This document shows, in pieces, positions 34,450 through 44,800 of a DNA stretch of 64,000 nt. The position numbers and the translations under genes were made by a program. Origin of the DNA: Escherichia phage MN01. The notes beneath the pieces are model-generated. The model worked only from the letters and a program-made list of their open reading frames with translations, was not told the origin of the DNA and searched no databases. Position 1 is the stretch's first letter, and each line of letters starts with the position of its first letter. The DNA lies in sequence record MT129652.1, one strand, 5' to 3'.

Positions 34450-34691
34450 AACTTTTTAAAGACATTGCAGTTGGTGAAAAATTTGTCCTGGGTAATGGTC
34501 AACAACTGATTCGCATTTCGCCTTTGATGGATAACAGCGAGCGCCCTGTGCGCACTGAAAACTGTTTGGATTATCCTTTTTATCAGAAGCGTTTTGCAAT
34601 TGAAAATAATACTGAGTGCTTCACAGTTGATGAACTGATGGAATCATCAGAAGAAGTTGACTTGTGGGATGGCGCAGTTGATGTAGAATAG
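34446..34691 (+). CDS. hypothetical protein
   Basis: 81 aa; ATGA coupling. Confidence 0.45.
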   Translation: MKLFKDIAVGEKFVLGNGQQLIRISPLMDNSERPVRTENCLDYPFYQKRFAIENNTECFTVDELMESSEEVDLWDGAVDVE

Positions 34692-34720
34692 TGTACAAAC
34701 TTTTGGGAGCAGAGTATAAT
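34692..34720 (+). promoter_or_regulatory. early promoter cassette
   Basis: TAGTGTACA, 17 bp, TATAAT; TGGGA...TCCCA inverted repeat. Confidence 0.55.
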
Positions 34721-34759
34721 GTTCCCAGTGGATAATAAAATTTAGCTGAGGAAATCATT

Positions 34760-35104
34760 ATGTCTAAAGTATTTTTTGGTAATCGCAACATTATGTTCTT
34801 TAAACAGATTAGCGTATCAGAAGCATTTGATTTAAGTTATTCAGGCGGTACAAAAGCTGTTAACCTTAAAAATTTGATGTCTGCAGAATTTGCATTCTAT
34901 CAGGACCCTGAAACTGGTTTCTACAAATTTATTAAGTTCCGCATGACTATGGACCGCGATTATCGTGATGTTTATTATACAAGTTATGAAAGTGTTATCA
35001 ATGCAATTCGTGAAGCTTATGGATTGGATTCGTTGTCGCTTGACCGCCTGTATAATGCAAGCCTTTACACCAGTGGATTTATTTTAGAACAGCTTCAAAA
35101 ATAG
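34760..35104 (+). CDS. hypothetical protein
   Basis: 114 aa; promoter cassette upstream. Confidence 0.5.
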   Translation: MSKVFFGNRNIMFFKQISVSEAFDLSYSGGTKAVNLKNLMSAEFAFYQDPETGFYKFIKFRMTMDRDYRDVYYTSYESVINAIREAYGLDSLSLDRLYNASLYTSGFILEQLQK

Positions 35105-35138
35105 TGTACAAACTCTTGGGGTCTGAGTATAATGACCC
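35105..35138 (+). promoter_or_regulatory. early promoter cassette
   Basis: TAGTGTACA, 17 bp, TATAAT; TGGGGTC...GACCCCA nearly identical to the 23467 cassette. Confidence 0.55.
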
Positions 35139-35177
35139 CACTGGAGCACAAAACTTTAACTTACTGAGGAAATTAAT

Positions 35178-35627
35178 ATGAATACTTACATGACCCGTCG
35201 TGACGTACTGAATGCTGGCGCTACTACTGTTGCTTATATCCATAATGGTAATTATGTTGCAGGTCGCCCGACTAAAGAAGCTATCACTCAACCAGGTTTT
35301 TATTTCGTGGTTAAAGGTGAAGGTGAATCACGTATTGTTGCCGCACGTTTTTATGTTGGTAACCAACGTTCACAACAAGGGTTTGACACTGTATTAAGTC
35401 ACATCCGCAAACAGCGTTCGCAACTGTCTCGCACAATGGCGAACAATGGGGTTATCTATGAAGTCCTGTTTGTCCCAGTTTCTAAAATGAAACCTCTGAC
35501 AACTGGTTATGGTAAAGGTCAAATTGCGATGGCGTTCACTCGCTCACATAGTTCTGATTGCCAGACCCTTTCAGAAATGAATCGCATGCTTGCTGATAAC
35601 TTTAAATTCATTCTGCAGAGTTATTAA
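35178..35627 (+). CDS. ndd: nucleoid disruption protein Ndd-like
   Basis: 149 aa (T4 Ndd 151); [29 protein letters not shown] resemble recalled T4 Ndd; between rIIB and 52. Confidence 0.55.
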   Translation: MNTYMTRRDVLNAGATTVAYIHNGNYVAGRPTKEAITQPGFYFVVKGEGESRIVAARFYVGNQRSQQGFDTVLSHIRKQRSQLSRTMANNGVIYEVLFVPVSKMKPLTTGYGKGQIAMAFTRSHSSDCQTLSEMNRMLADNFKFILQSY

Positions 35628-35716
35628 TATGAGTAATTTCCATAATGAACACGTGATGCAATGGCATCGTCATAATCTGAAATTAACTGGCGTCTTTGGA
35701 CGCCCTTGAGGAAAAT

Positions 35717-35869
35717 ATGAAATTTGTTCATGGCGTAGCTTTTTTCTGTTGGTCATTTTTATTTGTTGGAACATTAATAACTGGAGAAACTTCAGTATTT
35801 CTGCAGTCAACAGCTCAAGGTGTATTAGCGACTTTAACACTATTTAAATTATTGGATAAAAATGATTAA
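35717..35869 (+). CDS. small membrane protein (50 aa), possible Ac-like
   Basis: Hydrophobic; T4 has the 51-aa membrane protein ac beside gene 52; not in ORF track. Confidence 0.35.
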   Translation: MKFVHGVAFFCWSFLFVGTLITGETSVFLQSTAQGVLATLTLFKLLDKND

Positions 35870-36002
35870 GAAAATCCTGGGCTACTCGTTAGCCCTTGCT
35901 GCCTTATTGGTGGCACTGTATTATGGAGTTGTGTTTGCATTAGTGCAGGTTGTGCTTTTTATTTCTGATGCTATAATGGCAGTACATTCGTTAATCTGGT
36001 AA
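35862..36002 (+). CDS. small membrane protein (46 aa)
   Basis: Hydrophobic; overlaps previous ORF end; just upstream of gene 52. Confidence 0.3.
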   Translation: MIKKILGYSLALAALLVALYYGVVFALVQVVLFISDAIMAVHSLIW

Positions 36003-36010
36003 GGTGATAT

Positions 36011-37390
36011 ATGTCTGACGTTTTAAGTATGATGTCCAAACAGTTCAGTGATTCTATGGGGACCCTTAACCCACGCAGTTTAAAAGACATTATTGATGTG
36101 GAAGCATTGTCATATGCTATCTACACTGTGGAAGGTCGTGCCATCCCAAACATGATTGATGGTTTTAAACCAGTTCACAGATTTGTTATGGCGAGAGCAT
36201 TAGACCTGGCTCGCGGTGATAAGAATAAATTCCATAAGGTTGCATCCATCGCAGGGGGCGTAGCTGATTATGGTTATCACCATGGCGAAGCATCAGCGGA
36301 AGAAGCAACTTCTGGTCTGGTCGCAACATATAAAAATGAATATCCTATGTTTGATGGGCAAGGTAACTTTGGTTCCAGAATGGTTCCAGAAGCATCATCA
36401 GCTCGTTATGTATTCGCAAGGGTTTCAAAGAACTTTTACAACCTGTTTAAGGATACAGAATATGCTCCGGTCCATCCTGATGAAGAACATAAGCCTCCTG
36501 CTTTTTATCTTCCTGTTATTCCTACTGTATTACTTAACGCCACTTCTGGGATTGCTGTTGGCTTTGCTACTGATATCCTTCCTCATTCGTTCCAGGACGT
36601 CAAGGAAGCTGTTAAAGCTATCGTGGAAGGTCGTGAGCCGGTTGCTCCGAAAGTAAAATATCCAGAATTCCGTGGTAAAGTTGTTGAGCTGGAAGAGCCC
36701 GGTAAGTATGAACTTCATGGCACGTACAAAATGACCTCCAGGACTCAAATGGAAATTACTGAAATCCCAGTTCAATGGAACCTGGAAAAGTATACAAGTA
36801 AAATCCTGGACCCGCTGGAAGAGAAAGGTTTTATCACCTGGAAAGATAACTGCGGCGAGCATGGTTTTGGGTTTAAGATTAAATTCCGCAAAGAATACAA
36901 GTTGGATGGCACTGAAGAAGAGAATCATGAGAAAATCATGAAAGACTTTGGTCTGATTGAGAAGCTCTCCCAGAACTTAACTGTGCTTAACCACAAAGGC
37001 AAATTGGCTGAATATACCAACACGCTTGACCTGATTCGCGATTTCGTTGATGTCCGTAAGACTTATGTTCAAGTGCGAATTGACAGTAAGATTAAAGAAA
37101 CTGAAGCGGCATTTAAACTGGCCCGGGCAAAAGTCTTCTTTATTAAAGAAGTGATTGATGGTAAGGTTGTTATCCAGGGGAAACCTCGTAAGAAGTTGAT
37201 TGAGGAGCTCCAGGCGAGTGAAATATATGGCGATTATGCAGAGAAGTTAGTGGCGATGAACATCTACCATATGACCTCTGATGAAGCTAAGAAGCTTGCG
37301 GATGAAGCTAAGGCTAAGAAAGCTGAGCATGAGTACTGGAAGACAACTGACGTTAAAACTGAATACCTTAATGATTTGGAGGCTCTATGA
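36011..37390 (+). CDS. 52: DNA topoisomerase II medium subunit gp52 (GyrA-like)
   Basis: 459 aa (T4 gp52 about 440); GyrA-like N-terminus IPNMIDGFKPVHR; synteny. Confidence 0.9.
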   Translation: MSDVLSMMSKQFSDSMGTLNPRSLKDIIDVEALSYAIYTVEGRAIPNMIDGFKPVHRFVMARALDLARGDKNKFHKVASIAGGVADYGYHHGEASAEEATSGLVATYKNEYPMFDGQGNFGSRMVPEASSARYVFARVSKNFYNLFKDTEYAPVHPDEEHKPPAFYLPVIPTVLLNATSGIAVGFATDILPHSFQDVKEAVKAIVEGREPVAPKVKYPEFRGKVVELEEPGKYELHGTYKMTSRTQMEITEIPVQWNLEKYTSKILDPLEEKGFITWKDNCGEHGFGFKIKFRKEYKLDGTEEENHEKIMKDFGLIEKLSQNLTVLNHKGKLAEYTNTLDLIRDFVDVRKTYVQVRIDSKIKETEAAFKLARAKVFFIKEVIDGKVVIQGKPRKKLIEELQASEIYGDYAEKLVAMNIYHMTSDEAKKLADEAKAKKAEHEYWKTTDVKTEYLNDLEAL

Positions 37391-37485
37391 GTTTTGGAGT
37401 TGAGTTTGCATTGCTTTGTATTTTCGCGGCAATCGCAGGTGTGATTGTTGGTATGTTTATTGGTAATAAGATAGATAAAGACTAG
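37387..37485 (+). CDS. small membrane peptide (32 aa)
   Basis: Overlaps gene 52 stop; hydrophobic; followed by terminator. Confidence 0.3.
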   Translation: MSFGVEFALLCIFAAIAGVIVGMFIGNKIDKD

Positions 37486-37507
37486 GACCCTTCGGGGTCC
37501 TTTTTTA
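37484..37507 (+). terminator. rho-independent terminator after gene 52 region
   Basis: AGGACCC-ttcg-GGGTCCT then TTTTTT. Confidence 0.7.
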
Positions 37508-37531
37508 TTTTAAAATATTTTAAAAAAGTAG

Positions 37532-37560
37532 TGTACATGACCCTTGACCTGATGCATAAT
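37532..37560 (+). promoter_or_regulatory. early promoter cassette
   Basis: AAAAGTAGTGTACA, 17 bp, CATAAT; leader CCATACTGAGTTACACAA. Confidence 0.55.
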
Positions 37561-37609
37561 GATTCCATACTGAGTTACACAATGAATCACAAAAACTTTG
37601 GAGAATAAA

Positions 37610-37825
37610 ATGTTTACTGCACAACAGAATGAAGGTCAAGAATACATTAACGCTAAATTCAAATCCAATAAAGAAGCTTGCTATTACTACTTTGACATGT
37701 TCAAACTGGCGAATTCTAAAGAAGAACGTAAACAAGCGATTGATGTTATTGTTTCCACTTCCCATATGAAACGTACTGTGGTACAATCATATGCATCAAA
37801 TTACATGAAATCTATTAAGGGATAA
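37610..37825 (+). CDS. hypothetical protein
   Basis: 71 aa from SD-preceded ATG; promoter cassette upstream. Confidence 0.5.
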   Translation: MFTAQQNEGQEYINAKFKSNKEACYYYFDMFKLANSKEERKQAIDVIVSTSHMKRTVVQSYASNYMKSIKG

Positions 37826-37827
37826 TT

Positions 37828-38436
37828 ATGAACAAGCTAAATTATATCGTTAAATGCTCCCAGAACGCTCTACATGAGACTGATGTTAATGCTCTGGTGT
37901 TTGTATACAAAAACAACTTCGTGAGTCCAGAGGTTGTTTTAGGCCAGCAGAACACGTCAATTGATAGCGTACAGACATTGTTGAATAACAACTATGTTGA
38001 AGCTTCTGGTGATGGTTTGATGATTACAGAAAAAGGTGTTGACCTTATTCTGGATGCAGCAGAACTGTGGGCGAATGAAAATAATCCTGACCTTCTGGAA
38101 GTGAAGAAGACAAGAACAAAACGCGGTGTGACTGATGAAATGGAAGCGACTGCAGAATATATCAAAGAGCAATTGTTGTCTATTGGTATTGACTTTAAGA
38201 GCATTTCAGAAGACCGCAGCAATCTGATTGTGAAGTTCAAACGTGTCAAGACACTAAAACAGATTGATGTGCGTCGTGATGGTCAGATTCGTGTGCATGC
38301 GTATAATACTGAACAAAAGATAGTAAAACAGTTTACAGACGTGGGATTTAGCGTTAAAGTAGGTGGATTGAATACCTACATTGACAATCATATGTCAACT
38401 GAAAACATTCAACATGTTATTAACATCTTAAAGTGA
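37828..38436 (+). CDS. motA: middle transcription activator MotA
   Basis: 202 aa (T4 MotA 211); EKSGDGL..IT and KQFTDIG-like segments match recalled T4 MotA. Confidence 0.75.
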   Translation: MNKLNYIVKCSQNALHETDVNALVFVYKNNFVSPEVVLGQQNTSIDSVQTLLNNNYVEASGDGLMITEKGVDLILDAAELWANENNPDLLEVKKTRTKRGVTDEMEATAEYIKEQLLSIGIDFKSISEDRSNLIVKFKRVKTLKQIDVRRDGQIRVHAYNTEQKIVKQFTDVGFSVKVGGLNTYIDNHMSTENIQHVINILK

Positions 38437-38446
38437 GGAAATTATT

Positions 38447-38623
38447 ATGAACATCTATCTGATTAAGTACTTAAAAGATGGTAAAGAACGTGATTACCAA
38501 ATCCCCGCAAAAAATGAATATGATGCGTGCGTTCGCCTTGGTCAGATTCATGGCGATGACCGTGAATATCGCGATGATGTTGAAATTGAAATCCAATCTG
38601 TAACTTTGAAAGTGAGAGGCTAA
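38447..38623 (+). CDS. small hypothetical protein (58 aa)
   Basis: SD GAGGAA; not in ORF track. Confidence 0.35.
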   Translation: MNIYLIKYLKDGKERDYQIPAKNEYDACVRLGQIHGDDREYRDDVEIEIQSVTLKVRG

Positions 38624-38625
38624 TT

Positions 38626-38958
38626 ATGAATAAGCTGAATATTGTTAATGAATTGCGTGCTTGCGTAGAACCTACTCAAGAGGGTTGGGATGTTTGGTAT
38701 CATGGCGCTTACCTTGGAACTATTGTCAAGGTCAAAGCTGGTCAGTATCTTATTCATCGTCAGGATGATGCAGTAGCTCCGTTTGGTGCACGCAAGAACT
38801 TCATGGCGGCGATTGGTGCCTTTGTCCCAGCAGCATATGAAGTATATAAAGCTGACTACAAAGAATACCAGGAATCACAACCAGTTATTCGCTCAATTGG
38901 TGTTAATAAAGCTCAACAGAAAAGTCTGTGGCAACGTGTTAAAGGTTGGTTCAAATGA
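38626..38958 (+). CDS. hypothetical protein
   Basis: 110 aa; SD GAGAGG. Confidence 0.5.
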   Translation: MNKLNIVNELRACVEPTQEGWDVWYHGAYLGTIVKVKAGQYLIHRQDDAVAPFGARKNFMAAIGAFVPAAYEVYKADYKEYQESQPVIRSIGVNKAQQKSLWQRVKGWFK

Positions 38959-39443
38959 ATCCATTAAAAGGTAAAGAATTATCCTTTAAAGACCGTATGG
39001 CTTTATTAGATAAAGCTCTTTCTCGTGAAACTCCTGAAAGTCTCGCTGCTAAATTACAGGCATATGGTGATTACGCTGAATATACAGAAGAGGATGTTTT
39101 AGAAGAAGTCCCGGAAATCTGTTGGCAGATTGCTCATTGGAATAACAATGAAAAATATCAGCGACGGATTGTATGCGCAGCCAACCGCTTTAAGTTAAAA
39201 GATGGTGGGACTCTGGTTATTCCTGGTGCCAGACATTATTCAAAAGATATGGCAGAAGTGCTTGACCAGGTAAGTGATAAACTTGTGTCAGACCATGTTT
39301 GTGGTGACGACCAAGGGTTCATTGACCAATACAGCAATTACTGGACCCGTGAAGAAGCGATGATTATTGCGACTTATGCAAATCAGGTGCGTATTGAACG
39401 TGGTGGTAGTGAAAAAGAACTTTATTCAGAGGACCTTTATTAA
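38946..39443 (+). CDS. hypothetical protein
   Basis: 165 aa; conserved-looking blocks ([24 protein letters not shown]); function unknown. Confidence 0.5.
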   Translation: MVQMNPLKGKELSFKDRMALLDKALSRETPESLAAKLQAYGDYAEYTEEDVLEEVPEICWQIAHWNNNEKYQRRIVCAANRFKLKDGGTLVIPGARHYSKDMAEVLDQVSDKLVSDHVCGDDQGFIDQYSNYWTREEAMIIATYANQVRIERGGSEKELYSEDLY

Positions 39444-39721
39444 TGAACCTTAAACAACTCCAGATTGATGCAATCGAAAACCATATCAATCATATCAAAC
39501 GTCTGAACACCATGATGGAAGACAATTGGGGAACTTATGTTAACCAGCCGGCTTGGGATGCTTTAGACCATGAATATATAAAGGATATTAGTGATAACAC
39601 GTATAGAGTTAGAGAAGGTCTGAAACCCTTCCTGCGTGATATGTATATTGCAACTAATAAAGAAATTATCAGTTCTCTTGAATATCAATTAAGGAAATTG
39701 CATGAACAACCTGGTAGCTAA
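39443..39721 (+). CDS. hypothetical protein (arn position)
   Basis: 92 aa, same length as T4 Arn and in the motA-asiA interval, but not markedly acidic; unverified. Confidence 0.45.
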   Translation: MNLKQLQIDAIENHINHIKRLNTMMEDNWGTYVNQPAWDALDHEYIKDISDNTYRVREGLKPFLRDMYIATNKEIISSLEYQLRKLHEQPGS

Positions 39722-39810
39722 GCACGATTTCAATAAGGCGTCTGTCCATAAGGATAAGAAGAAAACTGAAATGCAGTCCAAACGTAAGCAGAAGCACAAG
39801 GGGAATCATT

Positions 39811-39975
39811 ATGAGTCATAACTTAGAGAACACCATTACTGGCCAGCGTACACGCGAACAGTCTTGCTTTGAGGAATTCCTTGGAGCAGATTTTAAGTTC
39901 CAGGAACCAGTTGAACAGATGTATCAGGAATATGTTGTACAGATGGAAAATCATGTGTACAACCCAGAGGAATAA
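39811..39975 (+). CDS. small hypothetical protein (54 aa)
   Basis: SD AAGGGG; acidic; not in ORF track. Confidence 0.3.
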   Translation: MSHNLENTITGQRTREQSCFEEFLGADFKFQEPVEQMYQEYVVQMENHVYNPEE

Positions 39976-40033
39976 TAGTATAATATCCTTACTGAATAAT
40001 TGAATGTCTTATTGAATACTTGAGTAAATTAAA

Positions 40034-40309
40034 ATGACTAAATTTGAAATCGTTTCTGAAATTGTTACTGTAACTTCAATTTTGATTAAAACCGACCGGG
40101 AAGATATTACGATGAAGCGTGATGTATTTATCGCGTTTTTGAATGAGTTGGGATTGAGAAATGAGAATGGGAATGAGTTAAACAATGTATCGTTTAACAA
40201 GTTGTTTAAAAGTTTATCTGAAGATGAAATTGAACAAATTATTGAACAATTTAACGAAGGATTCGAAGATATACACCGTTATCTTATGATGTATACCTCC
40301 GGATTCTAA
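40034..40309 (+). CDS. asiA: anti-sigma70 factor AsiA
   Basis: 91 aa; IxTVxSILIK and FNEGFEDxxRYLxMYT match recalled T4 AsiA. Confidence 0.85.
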   Translation: MTKFEIVSEIVTVTSILIKTDREDITMKRDVFIAFLNELGLRNENGNELNNVSFNKLFKSLSEDEIEQIIEQFNEGFEDIHRYLMMYTSGF

Positions 40310-40959
40310 CGTGTACGCCCAAGCGTACGACCTGCTTGTCCACACATAGCAGAAAGCCTATCAAAACCAAGGTTAGGTTTTTGCTTATACCAGTACAGTG
40401 AGACTGTGCCTGCATAAACGTTTTCCAAATTAAAGAACGGGCAGCTGAACATATATGCGAAGCTGCTTTTTTTCTTTGTTGGTAAGAATACAGATTCCGT
40501 ACTGGATTCAAAATAATTACCATTAACCCCCGCCAAATATTCCGCCGAAGTTTTATCTATTGGAAACCCACCTAAATTTTTTTCGTCGACTGTATCAGGC
40601 AATATCCCCTCGTATCCCACCATATCCACAAAGTAGTTAAGGTTAGTTGGTCTAAAAGAATATATTGCTGTAAAGTCTGCCCCACTTGACGAGTGGACTA
40701 TCTGGATTTGCTCGATAGCTGCAATTTTAAATCTGTTATCCTGGTCTTGCCTTATCATTTCAGTGTATGAGGCATATGAAGCATCCCTGTACGCATCTAA
40801 AAGTGCATCACCTTTATACCAGATTACCGCCATTAAAAATAATAGAACAATAACTAGTACCCGGGAAAAAACAACTTTCCCGGTCGCATTATCTTTAAAA
40901 ATTCTATCAAGAAGTCCAAAAAGTAGGTCGGGTATTGATATTCCTACTTTTGGTTCCAT
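40306..40959 (-). CDS. t: holin T
   Basis: 217 aa (T4 T 218); LLFGxLDRxFKDNATGKV and FVDxxxYEGxLP match recalled T4 holin; TATAAATA upstream. Confidence 0.9.
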   Translation of the reverse strand: MEPKVGISIPDLLFGLLDRIFKDNATGKVVFSRVLVIVLLFLMAVIWYKGDALLDAYRDASYASYTEMIRQDQDNRFKIAAIEQIQIVHSSSGADFTAIYSFRPTNLNYFVDMVGYEGILPDTVDEKNLGGFPIDKTSAEYLAGVNGNYFESSTESVFLPTKKKSSFAYMFSCPFFNLENVYAGTVSLYWYKQKPNLGFDRLSAMCGQAGRTLGRTR

Positions 40960-40977
40960 ACTTTTCTCCTTTAAAGA

Positions 40978-40985
40978 TATTTATA
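40978..40985 (-). promoter_or_regulatory. late promoter (TATAAATA) for holin gene t
   Basis: Minus-strand TATAAATA about 20 bp upstream of t start; SD AGGAG follows. Confidence 0.5.
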
Positions 40986-40996
40986 GCGCTTATGTA

Positions 40997-41779
40997 CTAT
41001 AGCCAGGAGCCGTAGATAGTGCCTGTAGCGCCCCATGAAGGAGAACTTCCGAATACAGCTCGTCCAGCTCCGCCTTGTGAGCCGTATGTAACGCTTCGTC
41101 CGTAAGCACCGCCACCAGCCCCGCCCGCATCGCCACCATTACCACCACCCCACTGTCCGCCAAAGCTACCACCGCCACCTGGGCCTGTATAACTAGCGTT
41201 GCCACCTGGGTTTACGGCACCATTAGTACCACCTAATCCATATGGTCTACCGCCACCGCCACCGGCAGTACCAGCTTCAAGCCAAGAGTTATTTGAAGCG
41301 CATCCGGCACCACCGCCACCACCTGAAGCTATAACGCCATAGTTCCAGATACGGAGTCTGCCTCCAATGTCGTTTTGAATTACATCACCGCCATTTGTAC
41401 CTGCTATCCAAACACGGGTCCCACCATTACCACCGCGTCCCCACATATGAACCCCACCATGAATATTCAAAGTAACATATTCATTAGGAGTATCACCGTA
41501 CATAAAGAACAATGGAACATCTTTAGTATAAGATACTAAATCACCTGTGATATTAAACACAATAGGGGCAGCACCGGCTTCAAAACAACGGTCTCTAAAC
41601 CATTGCCCGTTAAAGTTATGGTCGGCTCCAAGCGTGTGAATTACTTCAACAGATCGACCTATCATATTACTCATCCAAAATGGAACACCCATTCTTAATC
41701 TTACGGCTGCTCCTGCCATCCAAGGGTCTCCAGTTTGTACCCTTGCAGACCATCCTACCCACGGTCCTTCAACTGCCAT
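40997..41779 (-). CDS. 38: tail fibre adhesin gp38 (T2-type, glycine-rich motifs)
   Basis: About 260 aa from ATG at 41779 with SD GGAGG (track start 41791 is TTG); poly-Gly motifs between variable segments. Confidence 0.8.
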   Translation of the reverse strand: MAVEGPWVGWSARVQTGDPWMAGAAVRLRMGVPFWMSNMIGRSVEVIHTLGADHNFNGQWFRDRCFEAGAAPIVFNITGDLVSYTKDVPLFFMYGDTPNEYVTLNIHGGVHMWGRGGNGGTRVWIAGTNGGDVIQNDIGGRLRIWNYGVIASGGGGGAGCASNNSWLEAGTAGGGGGRPYGLGGTNGAVNPGGNASYTGPGGGGSFGGQWGGGNGGDAGGAGGGAYGRSVTYGSQGGAGRAVFGSSPSWGATGTIYGSWL

Positions 41780-41791
41780 ATAAACCTCCAA

Positions 41792-41805
41792 GGGGCCGAA
41801 GCCCC
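41792..41805 (-). other. intercistronic CUUCGG hairpin between genes 37 and 38
   Basis: Minus strand GGGGC-ttcg-GCCCC immediately 5-prime of gp38 SD GGAGG. Confidence 0.5.
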
Positions 41806-41810
41806 TCTTA

Positions 41811-44800
41811 TTATTTTAACAATGATTTAACTAAAGATTTAAGTTCTTCAATCTCTGATTTCAATTCTGCTATTTCAGCAGTATGCTCATTGATTGCAGC
41901 TGTATTTAAACCAATTACACCGTTATAGTTCAAACGAAGTAAAGCTTCACCATCAGGGTCACCTTCAACCAATTCAGGTAAAATAGCTTGAACTTCTTGG
42001 GCAATTAAACCAGCATTAGGTTCCCATTTCTGATTACCTTCCTCATCTAGGCCTCGCTTCTGCATATAAGTGTAACCGTTAATTTTAGAAAGCTTCTGAG
42101 AAGCATTTTCAAATTTAACAAGGTCCTTTTTAACACGAATATCAGAGCGGACATAAACATCTCGAACATATGTAGAATAGGCATCACTTTGTTGGACTAA
42201 ATGACCGAAAGAAATAATAGCTCGTCCTGTTTCGGTCCACAAAGCACCGGTGGTATCCCAAAGACCTTCATGGATATGGTAAGAGCTAGACCATGAAGCA
42301 ATATGAACACCATTGGCAACCATATTGATTCGGCCGTCACCACCATGAACTAATCCGGTATCATTATCACCAATAACAAGACACGGGCCTGTCCATACAG
42401 GGTCACCACCACCAGCTGATAATCTTGCTCCAGTTTGAACCATGTTAGGAACATACAAAACTCCGTTATGATGGAATTCATATATAGCTTGTGGGTCGGA
42501 ACCGTTTTCCTGGTTACCTACACGAATAATACCTTGCGCCCAGTTATTAGTAATGCGTCGCATACCAAAATCAACACCTGATATGAATCCTTCACCAGTA
42601 ATACCTGATTTTCCTTTGATAATAGGATAATAACTATCATTACCAACATTACCAAAATCCACAAATACCGGTGCTTCTTGCTTCCATTGATTACCAAAAC
42701 CACCACCTTGGTGAGCCGTCCAGACAGAGCCATTAATAAAAAGCCGGTCCCTATTAAAATTAAAAGTGGCTGAACCTTGTGGGTTTAAAGCAATATCACC
42801 ACCTGCATTAATATTAACACCCGAATTAGTTTGAAAACTATAAAATGATATAGCATTATCAGCACCACCGTTACCTACATACCAGTTATCAATACCAGCT
42901 TTTTGTCCTTTCAAATAACCAGATTCGGTTGCAGCACTGTTAATAACAATAGCATCCGAGTTTACATTCAGAGTTAAACGGCCGGTCATTGTATCGCCGC
43001 CTTTACCAACACGAGTATTCACCGCCGCGTCAAGGTTAGTAGCACCGCTATACTTGTTCCAAATAGAACCTGCAATATTACCATCAGTATTCATGAAAGC
43101 TGTACCGGCATATAAGCGGTTCTGAGCCATGAAGTTACCTTCTTTGGTAAAGCGCCAATATTTTAATCCTGTAGCATCACCATCACCAAGCAAATCACCT
43201 TGAGCAACAATTCGGTATTCGCTCGTAGCTCGGTCCATACCTTGAGTAACGGTTATATTCGAATCGATATTTTTCTGCTTAGTAATAGGATAAAATGCTT
43301 GAGTTGCAGCATCGAGCGTTTGATACACCAGAGCTTTAGTCGTGTTCTGGTTGGCATAAGATGCACCGTTACTATTAGGGAATTCCAATGCACCATTACC
43401 CCTAAAATAAACCTGGTCTGCTTCTAAGTTAGGGATTTTAACACGACCAGTGTCTAACATAATACTTAATGGGCGTAATGGGCCTAATCCGCCACTTTCG
43501 CCGGCATTAACATTGGTCGGGATAATATGCAGCTGGTCTTCCGAATTTCGAAAAATAACACCGTACTTGTCGTTCCAAATACGAAGTCCACTAGCAGCGC
43601 GAACTTTAATTTCATTGGAAACATACAGATTGCGTTTTAAGGATGTATCTTGATTGACAGTCAATCCTTCAATTACATTCATGGTACCATTTAAATAGGA
43701 TTCGACTTTACCTGCTGTAGTTCGTTGAATATAATGCATCCAGCCGGTAGCATCAGATGTTTCCATTACGTTTTTACGGTCGCCATCGACACTAGTAAAG
43801 GTATTACCCCAAACGCTGATAGTCATATTATCAACTGAACTACTTCCTGTTGTATTTCCTTTAAAAAGCACTGTCGAAGCAGTACTGAGACCATCAATAT
43901 TAACCGAACCACCACGGACTTCAACGTTACCAGGAGTAACCAACAACCCACCATCGGTGTTAACGTTTGTTACACCTTTGCCACGAAAATAATGGTGATA
44001 TTTGCCGCTTTGGTGATAACCTAAAAGAGTTTGACCGTCGCCGAAGCCGTTTTTATCATTAGTAGTATTAACAATAACTAATGGATAGTTTTGAGTTGTA
44101 GGAAGAATTAAATCAGAACCGTTGGTTGAATAACCCGCAACTAACTGTTTAAGGCTTGTAACTTCAGTTGGAGTTGTAAGTAAAGTATAAGCTCCATTAT
44201 TAACTGTATGGAACTGGCCATCTTGCTTCCATTTCAAACCTGTGTTATTGTCGCCAAGTGCGATAGCAGACGGACCTAATGTTGAGTATCCTGAGCTATC
44301 CCCAGGTAGGCCAACGGAAAGAGAATTTGATGTTTTGACATCGCCATCTGCATTAAATGACCAAAGATACTTAGCTGTTCCGGCTGTAGAAATAGAATGC
44401 CATGAAATACCATTTACATTATTAAGTTCACGATACCTAATTCCATCGACAGCGTGTCTACTTATTCTAAGATAGTTAATAGCTGTTGCGCTTGAACTTG
44501 CAGGATTATTATTTGCTAATGAAGATATATCATAATCAAGAGCTGATTTATTACCAGTATCAACGGTATTAGTATAAATTACTGGAGATTTCACCGATGT
44601 TCCGCTGGAAATAGACGGAGCATAAAATAAACCGTCACCGTTGAATGCAAAAATATTAGATGTTGAATTAGTATAATCCTGGACACGAACGTTCAAGATT
44701 TGCTTGGTAGTTCCTGGGCGTGATTGTGAATAAATTATGCCTCTTTCACGTGCATCAGCCAAATCCTGGAATCGAACGTGGGTGGTTCCTGTACCCCGTA

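Noticed and set aside
39702-39821. 39-aa Lys-rich ORF overlapping the 3-prime end of ORF 39443..39721
   Set aside because: Out-of-frame overlap, no SD, composition-driven; probably not translated.
41000-41400. Repetitive glycine-codon tracts that could mimic a repeat array
   Set aside because: They lie in frame within gp38 and encode its glycine-rich motifs; no spacer-repeat periodicity; not CRISPR.
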